From assembly GCF_009914755.1 (NCBI RefSeq), contig NC_060937.1: a stretch of DNA of 64,000 nt; one strand, written 5' to 3'. Within the stretch, counting starts at the first letter, position 1, and each line of letters starts with the position of its first letter. Origin of the DNA: the human T2T-CHM13v2.0 reference genome, Homo sapiens. The position numbers and the translations under genes are program-made. Positions 1-11,819 of this stretch are shown piece by piece. The notes under the pieces are model-generated. The model had not been told where the DNA came from and made no database searches. It worked only from the letters and a program-made list of their open reading frames with translations.

Positions 1-24
1 TCCACCTGCTCAAATCTGCTGTAA

Positions 25-323
25 GGCCAAGCACAGCAGTTCACACCTGTAATGATAGCATTTTGGGAGGCTAAGGCAGGAGGATCACTTGAGCCCAGGA
101 GTTTGAGACCAGCCTGGGCAACATAGCAAGACTACCATCTCTACAAAAAAGAAAATTAGCGAGGCTTGGTGGCATGTGCCTGTAGTCCTAGCTGTTAATG
201 CTTGGGAAACTGAGGTGGGATGATCACTCGAGCATGCAGTGAGCTGTGATTGCACCACTGCACTTTATCCTGAGTGACAGAGAAAGACCCTGTCAAAAAC
301 AAAAAACAGAAACAAAAACAAAA
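25..323 (+). mobile_element. Alu, old (AluJ-like), with a short deletion in the right arm
   Basis: ggccaagcacagcagttcacacctgtaat...gatcacttgagcccaggagtttgagaccagcctgggcaacatagcaagac...(CAAAA)n tail. Confidence 0.9.
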
Positions 324-640
324 CCCTATAGTTAATTTTTCATTTCAGTTGTGTACTTTTTGACTCCAGAATTTCTCTTTGGTTGTATTTTATTATTCCT
401 GTCTCTTTATTGATATTCTTTATTTGGTGAGACATTGTTTTCATACTTTAGTTCTTCAGACATGATTTTCTTCAGTCTTTGAACGTATCTAAAATAGCTT
501 GTTTAAAGTCTTTGTCTAGTAAATCTAACATCTGGACTTCAGAGAATGTTTCTGTTGAGGTGTTTTTCTGTGCATGCTGTGCATGGACTATATTTTCTTG
601 TTTGCTTGCATGTTTTATGATTTTTTTGTTCTTGTTGTTT
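324..640 (-). mobile_element. Old L1M fragment (ORF1 region), interrupted by the Alu
   Basis: T-rich antisense L1-like motifs (tttttcatttcagttgtgtactttt...tccagaatttctctttggtt). Confidence 0.55.
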
Positions 641-949
641 TTATGAAGGAGAGAGTATTTTTGGACATGCTTACTTTGCTATTCCTGGTGATGTCACTTA
701 TGTATTAACTTTCTACATGAAACCATCTTATAATAAATGCCGATATTTGAAAATTCTTACACCTTTCTGCCTACCTGCCACTAAGATGTAGTCTCTTACA
801 TTGTCTTCTAAGTGCTATTTTTAAAAAATTTACAAAATGTTACTTTATTAACATTGTAAGTATTCTGAAAATATTTTTAAAGAAATTCATAGGCACTTCT
901 TTTTATGTATCATGGTGCCACCAAATAAGGATAGTGAACTTGGCATACC

Positions 950-1145
950 TTCTACTTAGTAAGTGCAAGGCATGTTACTCAGCCATGCAACAATCTCATT
1001 TAATATTTACAGAGTCCCTCTGAAGCTCTGAAAACTTAAGTAACTTGCTGAAGATTACACAACTAGTAAGTGATAGATCCAAGATTTGAACTTAATGTGT
1101 TTAACTCTAGAGCCCAATATATTAATGGTAATGTTATACTGTTTC
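950..1145 (-). mobile_element. MIR
   Basis: taagtaacttgctgaagattacacaactagtaagtgatagatccaagatttgaac matches the reverse MIR core. Confidence 0.7.
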
Positions 1146-1149
1146 TGTG

Positions 1150-1323
1150 AAGTGATTTTCAAAATGTGGGACCCATGGGTTACCTTCTTGAGAGACTCCT
1201 GGGGTGCTTGTTGAACTGTCAATTCCTGAACCCCTAACCTATACATATTGAACTAAAATCTCTGAAATTTGGGCCTGAGAGTAGGTGACGTTTCTCAATT
1301 ATATTATAGTTGGAATAGTGCTG
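1150..1323. mobile_element. MER5A-like hAT-Charlie MITE
   Basis: agtgattttcaaaatgtgggaccc...cctggggtgcttgttgaa...attgaactaaaatctctg...tagttggaatagtgctg resembles MER5A along its length. Confidence 0.6.
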
Positions 1324-1674
1324 GTCTATAGACTGCTTTTTTCTTATGATTTGGGCTAAAAAATAAAACAGTAGGCCATTTTAAATCCATATTAAAATGT
1401 AATTCTACAATTCAATTGAACACTAACTTTTCAAATTAATTTTTTGAATTTTAGAGTACAAGGTGACATATTCTGAGATAATCTGACAAAGAACTTTTCT
1501 CTCACTTTGTGTGCTGTTAATATAGTTCAAAGTAAGCTATTGATAAATTATAGGTTTCTAATGTGTGAGTCTGTGCTTTATAACTTTTACATTTTTTTTA
1601 CTATGAACTTACATTTATACATTAAAATTTAGTGGAAAAAATATAAGGAGTGGGTAAATCATCTCTTGTTTTAG

Positions 1675-1806
1675 GTTGAACTCCCACCACCTGATCTTGG
1701 ACCAAGTTCTGCACTAAATCAGACACTCATGTTGCTGCGTGAAGTTTTAGCATCTCACGATTCTTCAGTTGTACCATTAGATGCTCGTCAAGCTGATTTT
1801 GTGCAG
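1675..1806 (+). CDS. COG6: COG6 coding exon (probably exon 14), 132 nt, [44 protein letters not shown]
   Basis: Acceptor ttgttttag|GTT and donor CAG|gtatgt. Open frame of 44 codons, phase 0-0. Peptide recognised as COG6 and continues in frame with the later exons. Confidence 0.96.
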
Positions 1807-2094
1807 GTATGTTATAAATTCATTTTTAATGATTGTTTTTTGCTCTTCTATTGTACACTGTGTTTCAATTCTGGAATTTTGTAATTCATATACTTTGACA
1901 GTCTCTTACTGTTAATTTTCCATCAAATATTAAACCAGTTATCATAACTTAAAAAGCATTGATTTATGTTTAATCTTTTCCTACGTGCTTCTATAAATTG
2001 GCTTCCTTCCAATTAGTTTGGCATTAAATATCATTAACCCAAGACCCTATCAGTGATTGAGAAATAAAGAGTTCATTTTATTTTTCATTTGTAG

Positions 2095-2262
2095 GTTTTA
2101 TCATGTGTCTTGGATCCTCTCCTACAGATGTGTACTGTATCAGCCAGCAATTTAGGCACAGCTGACATGGCCACTTTCATGGTCAATTCACTATATATGA
2201 TGAAGACAACATTAGCTCTATTTGAATTCACTGACAGACGTCTGGAAATGCTACAGTTTCAG
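2095..2262 (+). CDS. COG6: COG6 coding exon (probably exon 15), 168 nt, [56 protein letters not shown]
   Basis: Acceptor tttttcatttgtag|GTT and donor CAG|gtaaat. 56 open codons, phase 0-0. Confidence 0.96.
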
Positions 2263-2393
2263 GTAAATTTTTCTATAAAATGACTATTGACTATGATTGA
2301 ATCTTTTTCTCTATGTGATAGCTTTAAGTTATTGGCTTAACTAGTTTTAATGACCTAATTCCTATAGATCCCTTGATATCATCTGATGAAAGG

Positions 2394-2428
2394 ACACACA
2401 TGCATATACACAACACACGCACATACAC

Positions 2429-2460
<32 letters not shown>
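2394..2460 (+). repeat. (CA)n microsatellite, perfect (CA)15 at 2431-2460
   Basis: Read directly from the sequence. Confidence 0.95.
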
Positions 2461-2462
<2 letters not shown>

Positions 2463-5400
2463 TTCAGTATTTCAGTTTTCAGCTTTAGAGGAACCAGAAT
2501 GTGTAATGTTTAAAATACTTGATTCATACCATAATATGTGATAGTAGATTGAAGCTTTCTGATTAATTTGAACAGTTAGTCTGTATGTGGATTTTAGTTT
2601 CTGAACTGTGAATAATATGCTATATTTTTCAAGCTGCATAGTTAATGCAAAATGTGTTACAGAGGACAGATATATTTTTATCTATGTGTAAACCAGTGTT
2701 AGGCAAAACATTACAAATTGCTATACCAATCACTTGAGTTCTTGAGTCCTATAAAGCAAATGGTTATCACTTAAGAGAGTATATGATGACTAAAACAAAG
2801 CCAGTTGTAAAATTTAGTAGATAGTTGGATTCCAATTTTAAGCAGTGATTATTGGTAAATATACTGTTTTTTAAAAAAACAACTCTGAATGTTCTGTGCT
2901 ATCACACATATATCAACAGTTTGACAGTGGGTATAGGAATGAGTTTTGATATATCTAAATTCATATTTTCTAATTTTTAATTTTTTCTTTTAAAATAAAT
3001 GTATCAGAATTTTCCATATTTGTGGTTTAAAGTCAAATAATTCTACAGAACTTGTTACGAAAAGCCACCAGTGTACCATCCTCTCCACCCCCAACATCTC
3101 TTTCTCATTTCTCCCTCAAAAGCACAATTTCTTTCAGTTTTTATAGTTGCTTCTTTTGGTATTTATATTTGTAATTCTAAACACTTACGTGTATTGCTAC
3201 TTATAGATTTTTTTTAGTTTTTTGTCTAATGTATTAAATTAGATATATTCTAATACATTGTGAAATGAAATGAACAATGAAAATTTAGTTATCTACTGCC
3301 ACTCCCCCAACCCCCCTGGATAAGAATATGGTCATACTTAAGAGTTTTCCCATCCTCCCAATGTAGCTATATTATAAATTTTGGTTAGATCAATGTTTTG
3401 TTAAATTATTATTACTATGTAAACATTATTGGTGACTGAGCCATGTAATGAAGAATGGTTAATTTACCTTTCTTGGATAACTTCTTCATTTTCTGTGGAA
3501 TTAATAACATTTTTATTTAAGAAATGTCACTTTTTTATGTATTTGTCACTAATTCAAGCCCAAATCCCTGCCATTTATCTAAATCTTAAGATGTTAAGAT
3601 ATGTCAGGTGTTTATCAATTTGCTTTATTACCAATTATCTATGTTTCTTATGTGTTCCATAGCTATTTTACGCATGGTAAAAATTCTTCTTGGTCTATGT
3701 GCTAAATTAAGCTTATTAGTTTATTCAAGTTATCTATGTCCTTGCTTATTTTTGCCACCATTGGATGTGTCAACTGGACTTTTACATGTGTTTTAACATT
3801 CTCCAGAAATCTCTTGAGCCAGATCTTTATTAGTCCTGGCAGCATTTTCAGTAATTGTTCTGTCAGCAGATAATTCAGGTTCCCCTTTCTCCAGACTCCA
3901 GTAGCAATTTTCCCAGTGCCCTTTCAGACCCCACTGGCAGTCCCTTGAGTGGGTATTCCAAGTGGACAAATCCCAGTGTGGAAGTGCTTATTGGCCTATT
4001 CTTGCATTATGCTTGTCAGAGTGCTGTCAGCCAAGACTGGCCACATAGAACAGCCTGGATTCGGTGTGATAGAGGACAATACAAAGGTGTGGATATGTGA
4101 AGGTGTGGTTTATCACGTTTCTCCAAAGTAACAATTTACCTTGTTGGGTAAAGGAGTCTTGATTTTAGGACCTTTACTACCAATAACCTATTATTTTTTT
4201 CCCACTCTTATATAGCTTCTTCCAGTGTTTCAAGCAAGAAGTCCAGGCTAGTCAGATTCTCTTGTTTTTAGTAATCTAGTCCCTTCATCTGGTAACTTAC
4301 AGGGATTTTCCATTGAGTTTATATGTTTTCCCAGGATATTTTTGGTATGTCTCTTTTTAAAAATTATTTGCATCTTGGACTTTGGAGAACCATTTCAATG
4401 TAAAGATTCAAACCTTTCTTTTGCTTAGTAAAGAGTTCTATTTCTTTAATCATCACTTTTCTATGTGTTACTTTTTATATTTTGAAGCCCCTGTCCTTGG
4501 TTGGTTTTATCTCACGGATCTGCCATCTAATTTCTTTTTAAATCTCTTCACTTTAATCTATTTCTTTGATATTTGCTCTGTATTACTTTCCTTCCATTTT
4601 TCTTTCAGATCGCTGATTTGATGCTTCGCAGTAACTCTTTTTCACCTTCATTGAGTGTTTACCTTTGCGCACTTTGTTTTTCTTTGGTTTCTAGTAAATC
4701 CAGCAAGTAAGGGCTCTAATTGTACTTCCTTGGGCATTTATTTAAAAAAAAAAAAATGAAAGTACTTTATGTCTTTCAGTAGTGTTGCCTCAGGAAAGAA
4801 ACCATACTTGTTCTGATTATTCACAAGGGCTTTCTTTTAGCTTCCTCACCTCTTTTAAATCAGTTCTAAGTTTTTTAGGGGGACGAGCAGAGCTATTGGA
4901 GTTGCTTGGAAAATGGCAATCATTTAGATGGTAACAGATACCATAGTTGACAGTGTACTATGTCATTAGCAAGCAAACTGGTAAAATCTGGGGGAACATT
5001 CTGGTGAGGAATAGAAGGAAGACCTCTAGACTCAGGATTGTACTGGCACAAAAAAAAAAAAAAAAAGAACAAGATTTTTTCTCACCAGGGAATGTTTCAA
5101 CCCATCAAGGTAGTTCTCTTCTGTGGTTTTTATCTCCATTAGAATTAGTTGGAATCCCCCAAAATAGCACAAAGCTGGGGAGCCCATACTACTCACATCT
5201 GTTAGCTGCATCTTCTTAGGCAGTTCCTGAACCTGAAATCTTTAGTCAAGTTTCTACTGGGCCCTCAGCTCTTCCCTACTTGTCACAGACCTGCCTTATC
5301 CTCAGGAGAATTTACTACCTGAGCTGTAGTGGGATTTCCTCTAGGCTTCTCCAGATGGTATATTTGATTTGTTAAGTCAGTCTAGAAAGTTGGGAGCGTG

Positions 5401-5764
5401 AGGAGGACAGGAGGTCAGGAACATCAGGCCCTTATCTCGGAATTCTTCCTAAATATTTTATTTTATACTGTTGTTGTTTACTAGTGTTTTTTGTTTGTGT
5501 TTTGTTTATTAGCAGCTTTTAAAAGGGCTGAGAAGCAACCCAAATTTTGTGACTGGAGGATAGTCCTAGAATCCTCCTTGTTTATAATTTTTAAAGTAAG
5601 ACTTTTTCCCCCTTTCATAGAAAGACTTACTGTTTGGGGGAAGAAAGAGGCTTTGTTACAGAGGTGATCCCTGTGCCTCATCATCAGTGCCAATGCAAGG
5701 CACTGCATCTACTCTCATCAGTGTCATTCTTCTTTTAAAATGTTTTCTTTGTGTTTTATTTTAG

Positions 5765-5872
5765 ATCGAAGCACATTTGGACACACTTATAAATGAGCAA
5801 GCCTCTTATGTTTTAACTAGGGTAGGCTTGAGTTACATCTATAACACTGTACAGCAACATAAACCTGAACAG
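5765..5872 (+). CDS. COG6: COG6 coding exon (probably exon 16), 108 nt, [36 protein letters not shown]
   Basis: Acceptor gttttattttag|ATC and donor CAG|gtaagt. 36 codons. Counting back from the stop of a 657-aa protein puts Gly549 at 5825-5827, matching the known COG6-CDG residue. Confidence 0.96.
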
Positions 5873-5914
5873 GTAAGTGCATAGATGTTCCTTCCTAATT
5901 CTAAGAACATGCCA

Positions 5915-6135
5915 GTTTAGAGTATGTCTTCTAGAGCTGCACTCTGGATTCTTGGCTCTACCACATATTAGCTGTGTTCTCCTGGGAAAGTGACTTATTT
6001 TTCTGTATCTGTTTCCTTACCTGTGGATTGGGGGTAATAATAGTATCTGTGTCATAGGATTGTTCTTAAGACATAATACATGCATAGTTCTTAGATGACT
6101 TCCTAAAATATGGTAGAGTGCCCCACAGTATTAAC
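5915..6135 (+). mobile_element. MIR
   Basis: cttggctctaccacatattagctgtgttctcctgggaaagtgactt...ctgtttccttacctgt...gggtaataatagtatct. Confidence 0.75.
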
Positions 6136-6938
6136 AATCCTTTTTATTAAAAATAGTTTTTGTTAAAAGTAATGAAAATATACAAAAATTAGTATTATAA
6201 AATGTCTAAAGAATATTCATACTGGTAAGTTTTTCAGATTCCTATATCACTATTAGTTAATTGAATGCATAGATTACTGTATAAATAGCAGTCATCTTCT
6301 TTTTAATTTAGCAAATTGTTGCCCATTACTTTGAGAAGGTAGTCACTTCTGGGGCCAGCATATGATCTTATTAAATTATAGAACCCTAGTAGAAATAAAG
6401 GAGTGGTGGGAACCTTAGAAAACCATGTAAGCCATCTTTCTTAAGAAAGCAAAGAACTCATTCAAACAGCATTAACATGAAGACTGTGTTATGGCCCAGA
6501 AACTCTTAAATGAAGCTCTTAAAACACAACTTTTCAATTCTTTCTTTGCTGAAGTGGTAAGCAAATTTCTACCAGTAGGAACCAATTTTACTGCCTTTCT
6601 GTACTTTCTAAAAGTATCAAAGTGAAACTGTTCAAGCCTCCATGTGTCACTGGCATCTTCCAGTGCTTCATTGCCTTCATTTTCTTGGGTATGCGTAAAC
6701 TTGAAGTATCATGATATTTCTGTTGTTAATAAACTTGAGCACGTCTTGCTCTCTCCAACAAATCATAGTCCCTGATCTTATTGAGGTTGAAGAAATTACA
6801 CTTGAGTTCTTTGGAAATAAGCTAAATGATTTTCCAAATTTGGGCAGTGCACTAATGAACTATATTCAGTAAGTGAAATGAAATGTATATCTCCTTTTTT
6901 ACATCTTGGATCTGCTTTTTTTTTTTTTTTTTAAATAG

Positions 6939-6992
6939 GGCTCTTTAGCTAATATGCCCAACCTAGATTCTGTGACACTGAAGGCTGCAATG
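6939..6992 (+). CDS. COG6: COG6 coding exon (probably exon 17), 54 nt, GSLANMPNLDSVTLKAAM
   Basis: Acceptor T17-aaatag|GGC and donor ATG|gtaagt. 18 codons, phase 0-0. Confidence 0.95.
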
Positions 6993-7939
6993 GTAAGTGT
7001 ATAATAAAACATTTTAATTTAGATTTCCTTATGGATCGATAGTCTTCATTTTTTGCTGTGTGATAATTTCATTCTGGGTGACACTTTTTATCTCTTGATA
7101 TGCTGTATTAACGTTGGGTCCAATAATAATGACTGAGCCTGTATTACTTTAATTGAACAGTTCTGGCCAAGTCTTACATTCATAGTAGTGTTCCACTATG
7201 CTCTGATAGTCTCATCATTACTGTTTAGGATTACTGTTTACTCTATTTTTAGAGTTTTGTTCCTAATTTAAGTGAGAAACAGGAATGACAGATATGAAGA
7301 AATTAGGCTGTATATCATTATAAACTTATTACTACCTTGATCCTTCGTTTAAAGTTCCTGACGTGAAAATCGAAATTAGATTCCACTCTTAAAACAGTTT
7401 ATTACTCTTTAGTTTGAGACTCACTGAATTTCCACTTTATTACCTTCCTTCTTTTCAGGTGAAGATCTTGTACCTTCCTTTTTGCATGATCACTACTTTT
7501 TGTAGTGTGTTTCTGTGTCTTAAATACATATACTTTCCTCATATGTATAGTGTTCATATGCATAGCCATTCATTGTATGATATTTAAGTCATATAGCTCT
7601 ATCCCTCATAGGAATGATCCCTTTTGGAAGTTTTATGATAGTACTACTAGTAATAGTAATAATAATATGGAAGAACAACAGCCATTAACATTAGCATAGC
7701 AAGTGTTTTCCCTGTATTAACTCTTTAATCCTCATGACAACCCCATTCAATCCAGGAAGTTGGCCTACAGAGCTTGTGGGTTTAACTACTGTACTAAACT
7801 AGTGATCCTAAGTATTTAAAATACTCACGTATACTCACTACCACAATGGCCTGACTTTCATAGATAGTCCTGTAGGAAGGTTTTTAAATTTTCCAACAAT
7901 TTTTGATGCCAAGGCTTTCCTATATATTATCTTCCAGAA

Positions 7940-8340
7940 CTCAGTTTAACTGAAAACAAAAGGATAGGCTCATAAGATACCTAACAAATGCAAAGAAGAA
8001 GGTGGAGCTATCTATATGATTATTAGATAAAGTAGAATTTAAAAAGACTAAATGAGACAAATAAGAAACATTATGTCGTGATAAAAGACACTATATAGAA
8101 GCAACAGTTATAACTTCTATATATGAAACAAAAACATAGCAAAAATTAGAAATGCAAAGAAAATTCGATATTAAAAAGTTTAAATAAAAATAGATGAAAA
8201 TGAATTTTAGATTCATTAAAAGATATGTTTTTAGAAAGTTATATATACACTTACCATACTATCCAGTACAATTCCACTTCAAGATATTTACCCCCCAAAA
8301 ATGAAGATCTATGCTCACACTTAGATCTGTAACATTAGTT
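7940..8340 (+). mobile_element. Degenerate L1M fragments (ORF2 endonuclease piece plus 3' piece)
   Basis: attagataaagtagaatttaaa...gagacaaataagaaacattatgtcgtgataaaag and cacttaccatactatccagtacaattccacttc. Confidence 0.55.
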
Positions 8341-8569
8341 AGTACCAAATATATGTTCCCTTCCTCTGTTTCTCCTTCTCTCTTGACACATATCCAGTCT
8401 GTAATACAACTCATAAAATATTTGAAATGCCATTAAAAATTCTTCATGTTCCTGGTGTTAATTTTCAGAACAATTAAGGTGAATATGAATATACGATGTC
8501 TCTGGAGAAACAAATCTTGCTTGAGTTTTGTATTTAATACGTGATTATATACAACCATTTGTTGTCTCC

Positions 8570-9560
8570 ATTTAGGGGTTTCTAAGGCACTTCAATTCAG
8601 CATGTCCAAAACTAACTCGGCACATTCCACCCTAAACCTAAGTCCTCTTCCAGGCATTATTAACTCAGAAAATTGTAAGACCTTCTATCCATTTATCATT
8701 TAAATAGTTATTAACCGAGTTTCTGCTATTTTCTAGGCATCATGCTAAGAATTGGGATGAAAACAGATATGATCTAGTAAGGGATGCAGCTACTACACAA
8801 ATAAATGAATGAAGAGTACAGTTATGTGTTATGATAATATGGTGAATTAATTCATACATATCCAAAATCTGGGAGTCCATCCCTTCATTCTATCAGTAAC
8901 CAAGTCCTGATGGTCCTCAAATATCTTTACGTCTTTCACCTTGATTGCCCCTATAGTCTAAAAATGCTGCAGTAGGTACCTAAGGTACCTAATTGGTGTC
9001 TTTGTATCTATTATTGCAATCTTCCATTCTGTCTTCCTATGGCCAGATTTAGCTTCTTAAAACTTAAATCAGATTTCTCCCTTACTTAAATTCAATGGTT
9101 TACTAATGCTTTTGAAATAATTAAAATCCTTAAATAAGCATGCCAGTCCTACATGATCTCTACTTATATGTTTTCCTTCCCACCTCAAGTCTTCATGCTG
9201 TCTCCTCTCCCTGAACCTCCCCACCCATCAATCCACTTACTTAATGTATATTCATCTTTAAGATTTCACTTCAAATGTCCTTTCCTGAGAGATGCTTTTG
9301 CCGAATCCACAGACTAGGTCCTTGATTTATGCTTTATAGTACCTTGTTTTATTCCTTAATAGCATTTAACAAAATTTGTAATTATATATTTATTTATATT
9401 ATTATCTGTTTAACACCTCTCTTGCTAGGCCATAAGCTCTGTGAAGCTAGGGACTATCCTTTTTTTGCTCATTTTTATACTTCCATTACTTAATATAGTA
9501 CCTTTTCAATGGTAGGTATTAGTTGAACTAATGAATGCATTAATGAACAAATGAACAAAT
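8570..9560 (+). mobile_element. L2 3' region (with a short opposite-strand L2 piece near 8690-8860)
   Basis: ggcacttcaattcagcatgtccaaaactaactc, cttcaaatgtcctttcctgagagatgctttt, and terminal taagctctgtgaagctagggact...tgaatgcattaatgaacaaatgaa. Confidence 0.7.
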
Positions 9561-9896
9561 ATAGTAAAATCAAGAAACAGGTAGACCTGAAACCTGATGA
9601 CTTTACTTCTTGTTAATATTATTACTTAAAAGCTTTGTGAGGAAGACTAAAATGAATGGTTTGGATTCAGGATTTTGAAAGTAAGTATTGCTAATATTGA
9701 CTATATTACAGATTTGACAGTTTTAGGGAGTTTTAGTTAGAATGTTTAGAAAATACACAATTTGAACACAACAATCTAGTTATTTAGAGTATGGAATTTT
9801 TCTCAAGGATTTAATTCTTAAAAGAGATGTTTATATTTGAGTTGTTTGTTAGCACATATATGTACTTTATATTTTGTATTTCTCTGTTTCATTTAG

Positions 9897-9976
9897 GTTC
9901 AGTTTGATCGTTATCTGTCAGCCCCAGACAACCTATTGATACCACAGCTGAACTTTCTTCTAAGTGCCACAGTGAA
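9897..9976 (+). CDS. COG6: COG6 coding exon (probably exon 18), 80 nt, VQFDRYLSAPDNLLIPQLNFLLSATV(K)
   Basis: Acceptor tctctgtttcatttag|GTT and donor GTG AA|gtaagt. Ends in phase 2, which matches the terminal exon. Confidence 0.95.
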
Positions 9977-11103
9977 GTAAGTATTTTTGGTCCCAAGTAG
10001 TTGGTAAAGATTCACATATTTTTAAATATCAAGTACATTTTTTTGGAAAAAAATTTATTTTCAAGAATAAATGATTTACCATTGAAAATCTATAGTTCTC
10101 AACCTTTCTTCTGCCTTGGCATGCCAAAGGATGAGATCTGAACATGTCTGTACTTATTCCATGTCTATATGTCACTCCAAAATCTCTAATTAGTACATGA
10201 TTGTTAAAATTACTTTGAATATAATTGAAGCTATATAGCTGTAATACCAAATTCCCTTACGTTAACAAACATGTCAGAATAATGTTGAATATGTTATGGA
10301 AAATCAATAATATATTCATTATGCAATGCAGATGAACTGATTTATAGACTATTTTGAATCTAAGGTAGTGTTCTGTAGATATAAAATTACTCAATATCAT
10401 TTATCAGGAATGTATTCAGGACACCAAATCATACATTAAAATATTAGAATATAACAATTAGAAGAAGCGGAGAGATTATATGATCTTTCTTGATTTTAAG
10501 AAAAATATTGGCAAAATTGTCTATAGGTAAGAAATTAGGCAACATTATCTACACATTTTTTTTTCTTTCTATTCAAACAGCAGTGCAGTAAGTGTTTTCT
10601 ACATAACAGGCACTAGGAGTTAAGGCTTAAAAGACATTTGCACTGTTTTCACGGAGCTTATAACCTAATAGGTCAGTTAAACATGCGAACAAATATTTAC
10701 GTTGAAATGTACAGTAAGGAAAGAACTATTGAACAAAACATTTCAGATATCTAAAAGAATGTAATGTTATAGAGGTGATATACTTATTTTCTGTTCTTGA
10801 GTATAGAACTACAGCAGAAAATAGAGCAAAGAAGCAGCTTTTTAACTCACCATGCAGAATTTGGTATCAATTAGAATTGGCTGGAAATCTATGGACCACT
10901 TTTTTTTTTTTTCTCAGACACAGAGTTAGGAAAGTTCCATTTTAGGTGAGTGACTAGAGTAAATGAATTTAATTTTTTTTTGTGACCTTTATATTGTATT
11001 ATTCTAAAAGATATTATACTATTTACATAACCAGAATTCTAAAGACTTAAGAGATTACCAAAGAAACTGTTATGCTGTGACTCAGGTTGTTTGTAGGTGC
11101 TTC

Positions 11104-11390
11104 TTTTTTTTTTTTGAGACGGCGTCTTGCTCTTTCTCCCAGGCTAGAGTGCAGTGATCTTGGCTCAGTGCAATCTCTGCCTCCCAGGTTCAAGCGATTC
11201 TCCTGCCTCAGCCTCCTGAGTAACTGGGAGTACAGGCGCCCACCTCCACACCTGGCTAATTTTTGTATTTTTAGTAGAGATGGGGTGTCACCATATTGGC
11301 CAGGCTGTTCTTGAACTCCTGACCTCGTGATCCACCTGCCTCGGCCTCCCAAAGTGCTGGGATTACAGGTGTGAGCCACTGCGCCCGGCC
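11104..11390 (-). mobile_element. AluS (Sg-like), full length
   Basis: Poly-T, gagacggcgtcttgctc...gtgagccactgcgcccggcc. Flanking repeat gtgcttctt on both sides. Confidence 0.95.
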
Positions 11391-11591
11391 AATGTGCTTC
11401 TTAAATTATTAAATTTTTAACTGAATACCTGTAATTCTTTTTAACTTAACTGTGTCTCAGTACGTAATATTAGAATGTTGTTAGCCATGTCACTACATGT
11501 GAAATATACTGTTATTCTTTTCATAATATAATGATTGAAGAGAGATTTTAATGTACTTTAAAAGATGACATGTAGCTCAGATGCTGTGAAG

Positions 11592-11801
11592 CAGGGGTCC
11601 CCAACCCCGGGCCAGGGACCCTGGTCTGTGGCCTGTTGGGAGCACAAACCCTACTGTGAACTGCGCCTGGAAGGATCTAGGTTGTGTGCTCCTTATGAGA
11701 TGGAACAGTTTCATCCCAAAACCATCCCCCAACTTCTTGTCCACGGAAAAATTGTCTTCCACAAAACCAGTCCCTGCTGCCAAAACCACTGGGAGCTGCT
11801 G
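11592..11801 (+). mobile_element. MER1B-type hAT-Charlie DNA transposon, internally deleted
   Basis: Ends caggggtccccaacc...actgggagctgctg. Internal gtgaactgcgc...ggaaaaattgtcttccacaaaaccagtccctg. 8-bp TSD ctgtgaag/ctgtaaag. Confidence 0.85.
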
Positions 11802-11819
11802 CTGTAAAGGAAACAGATG

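Noticed and set aside
3100-5500. Possible HAL1/L1-like and LTR remnants in the intron
   Set aside because: Too degenerate to assign a family or boundaries by eye.
8974-8991. 9-bp tandem duplication aggtaccta, and the 14-bp palindrome gaattctagaattc at 15021-15034
   Set aside because: Short and inside decayed repeats, so expected from ordinary slippage or chance.
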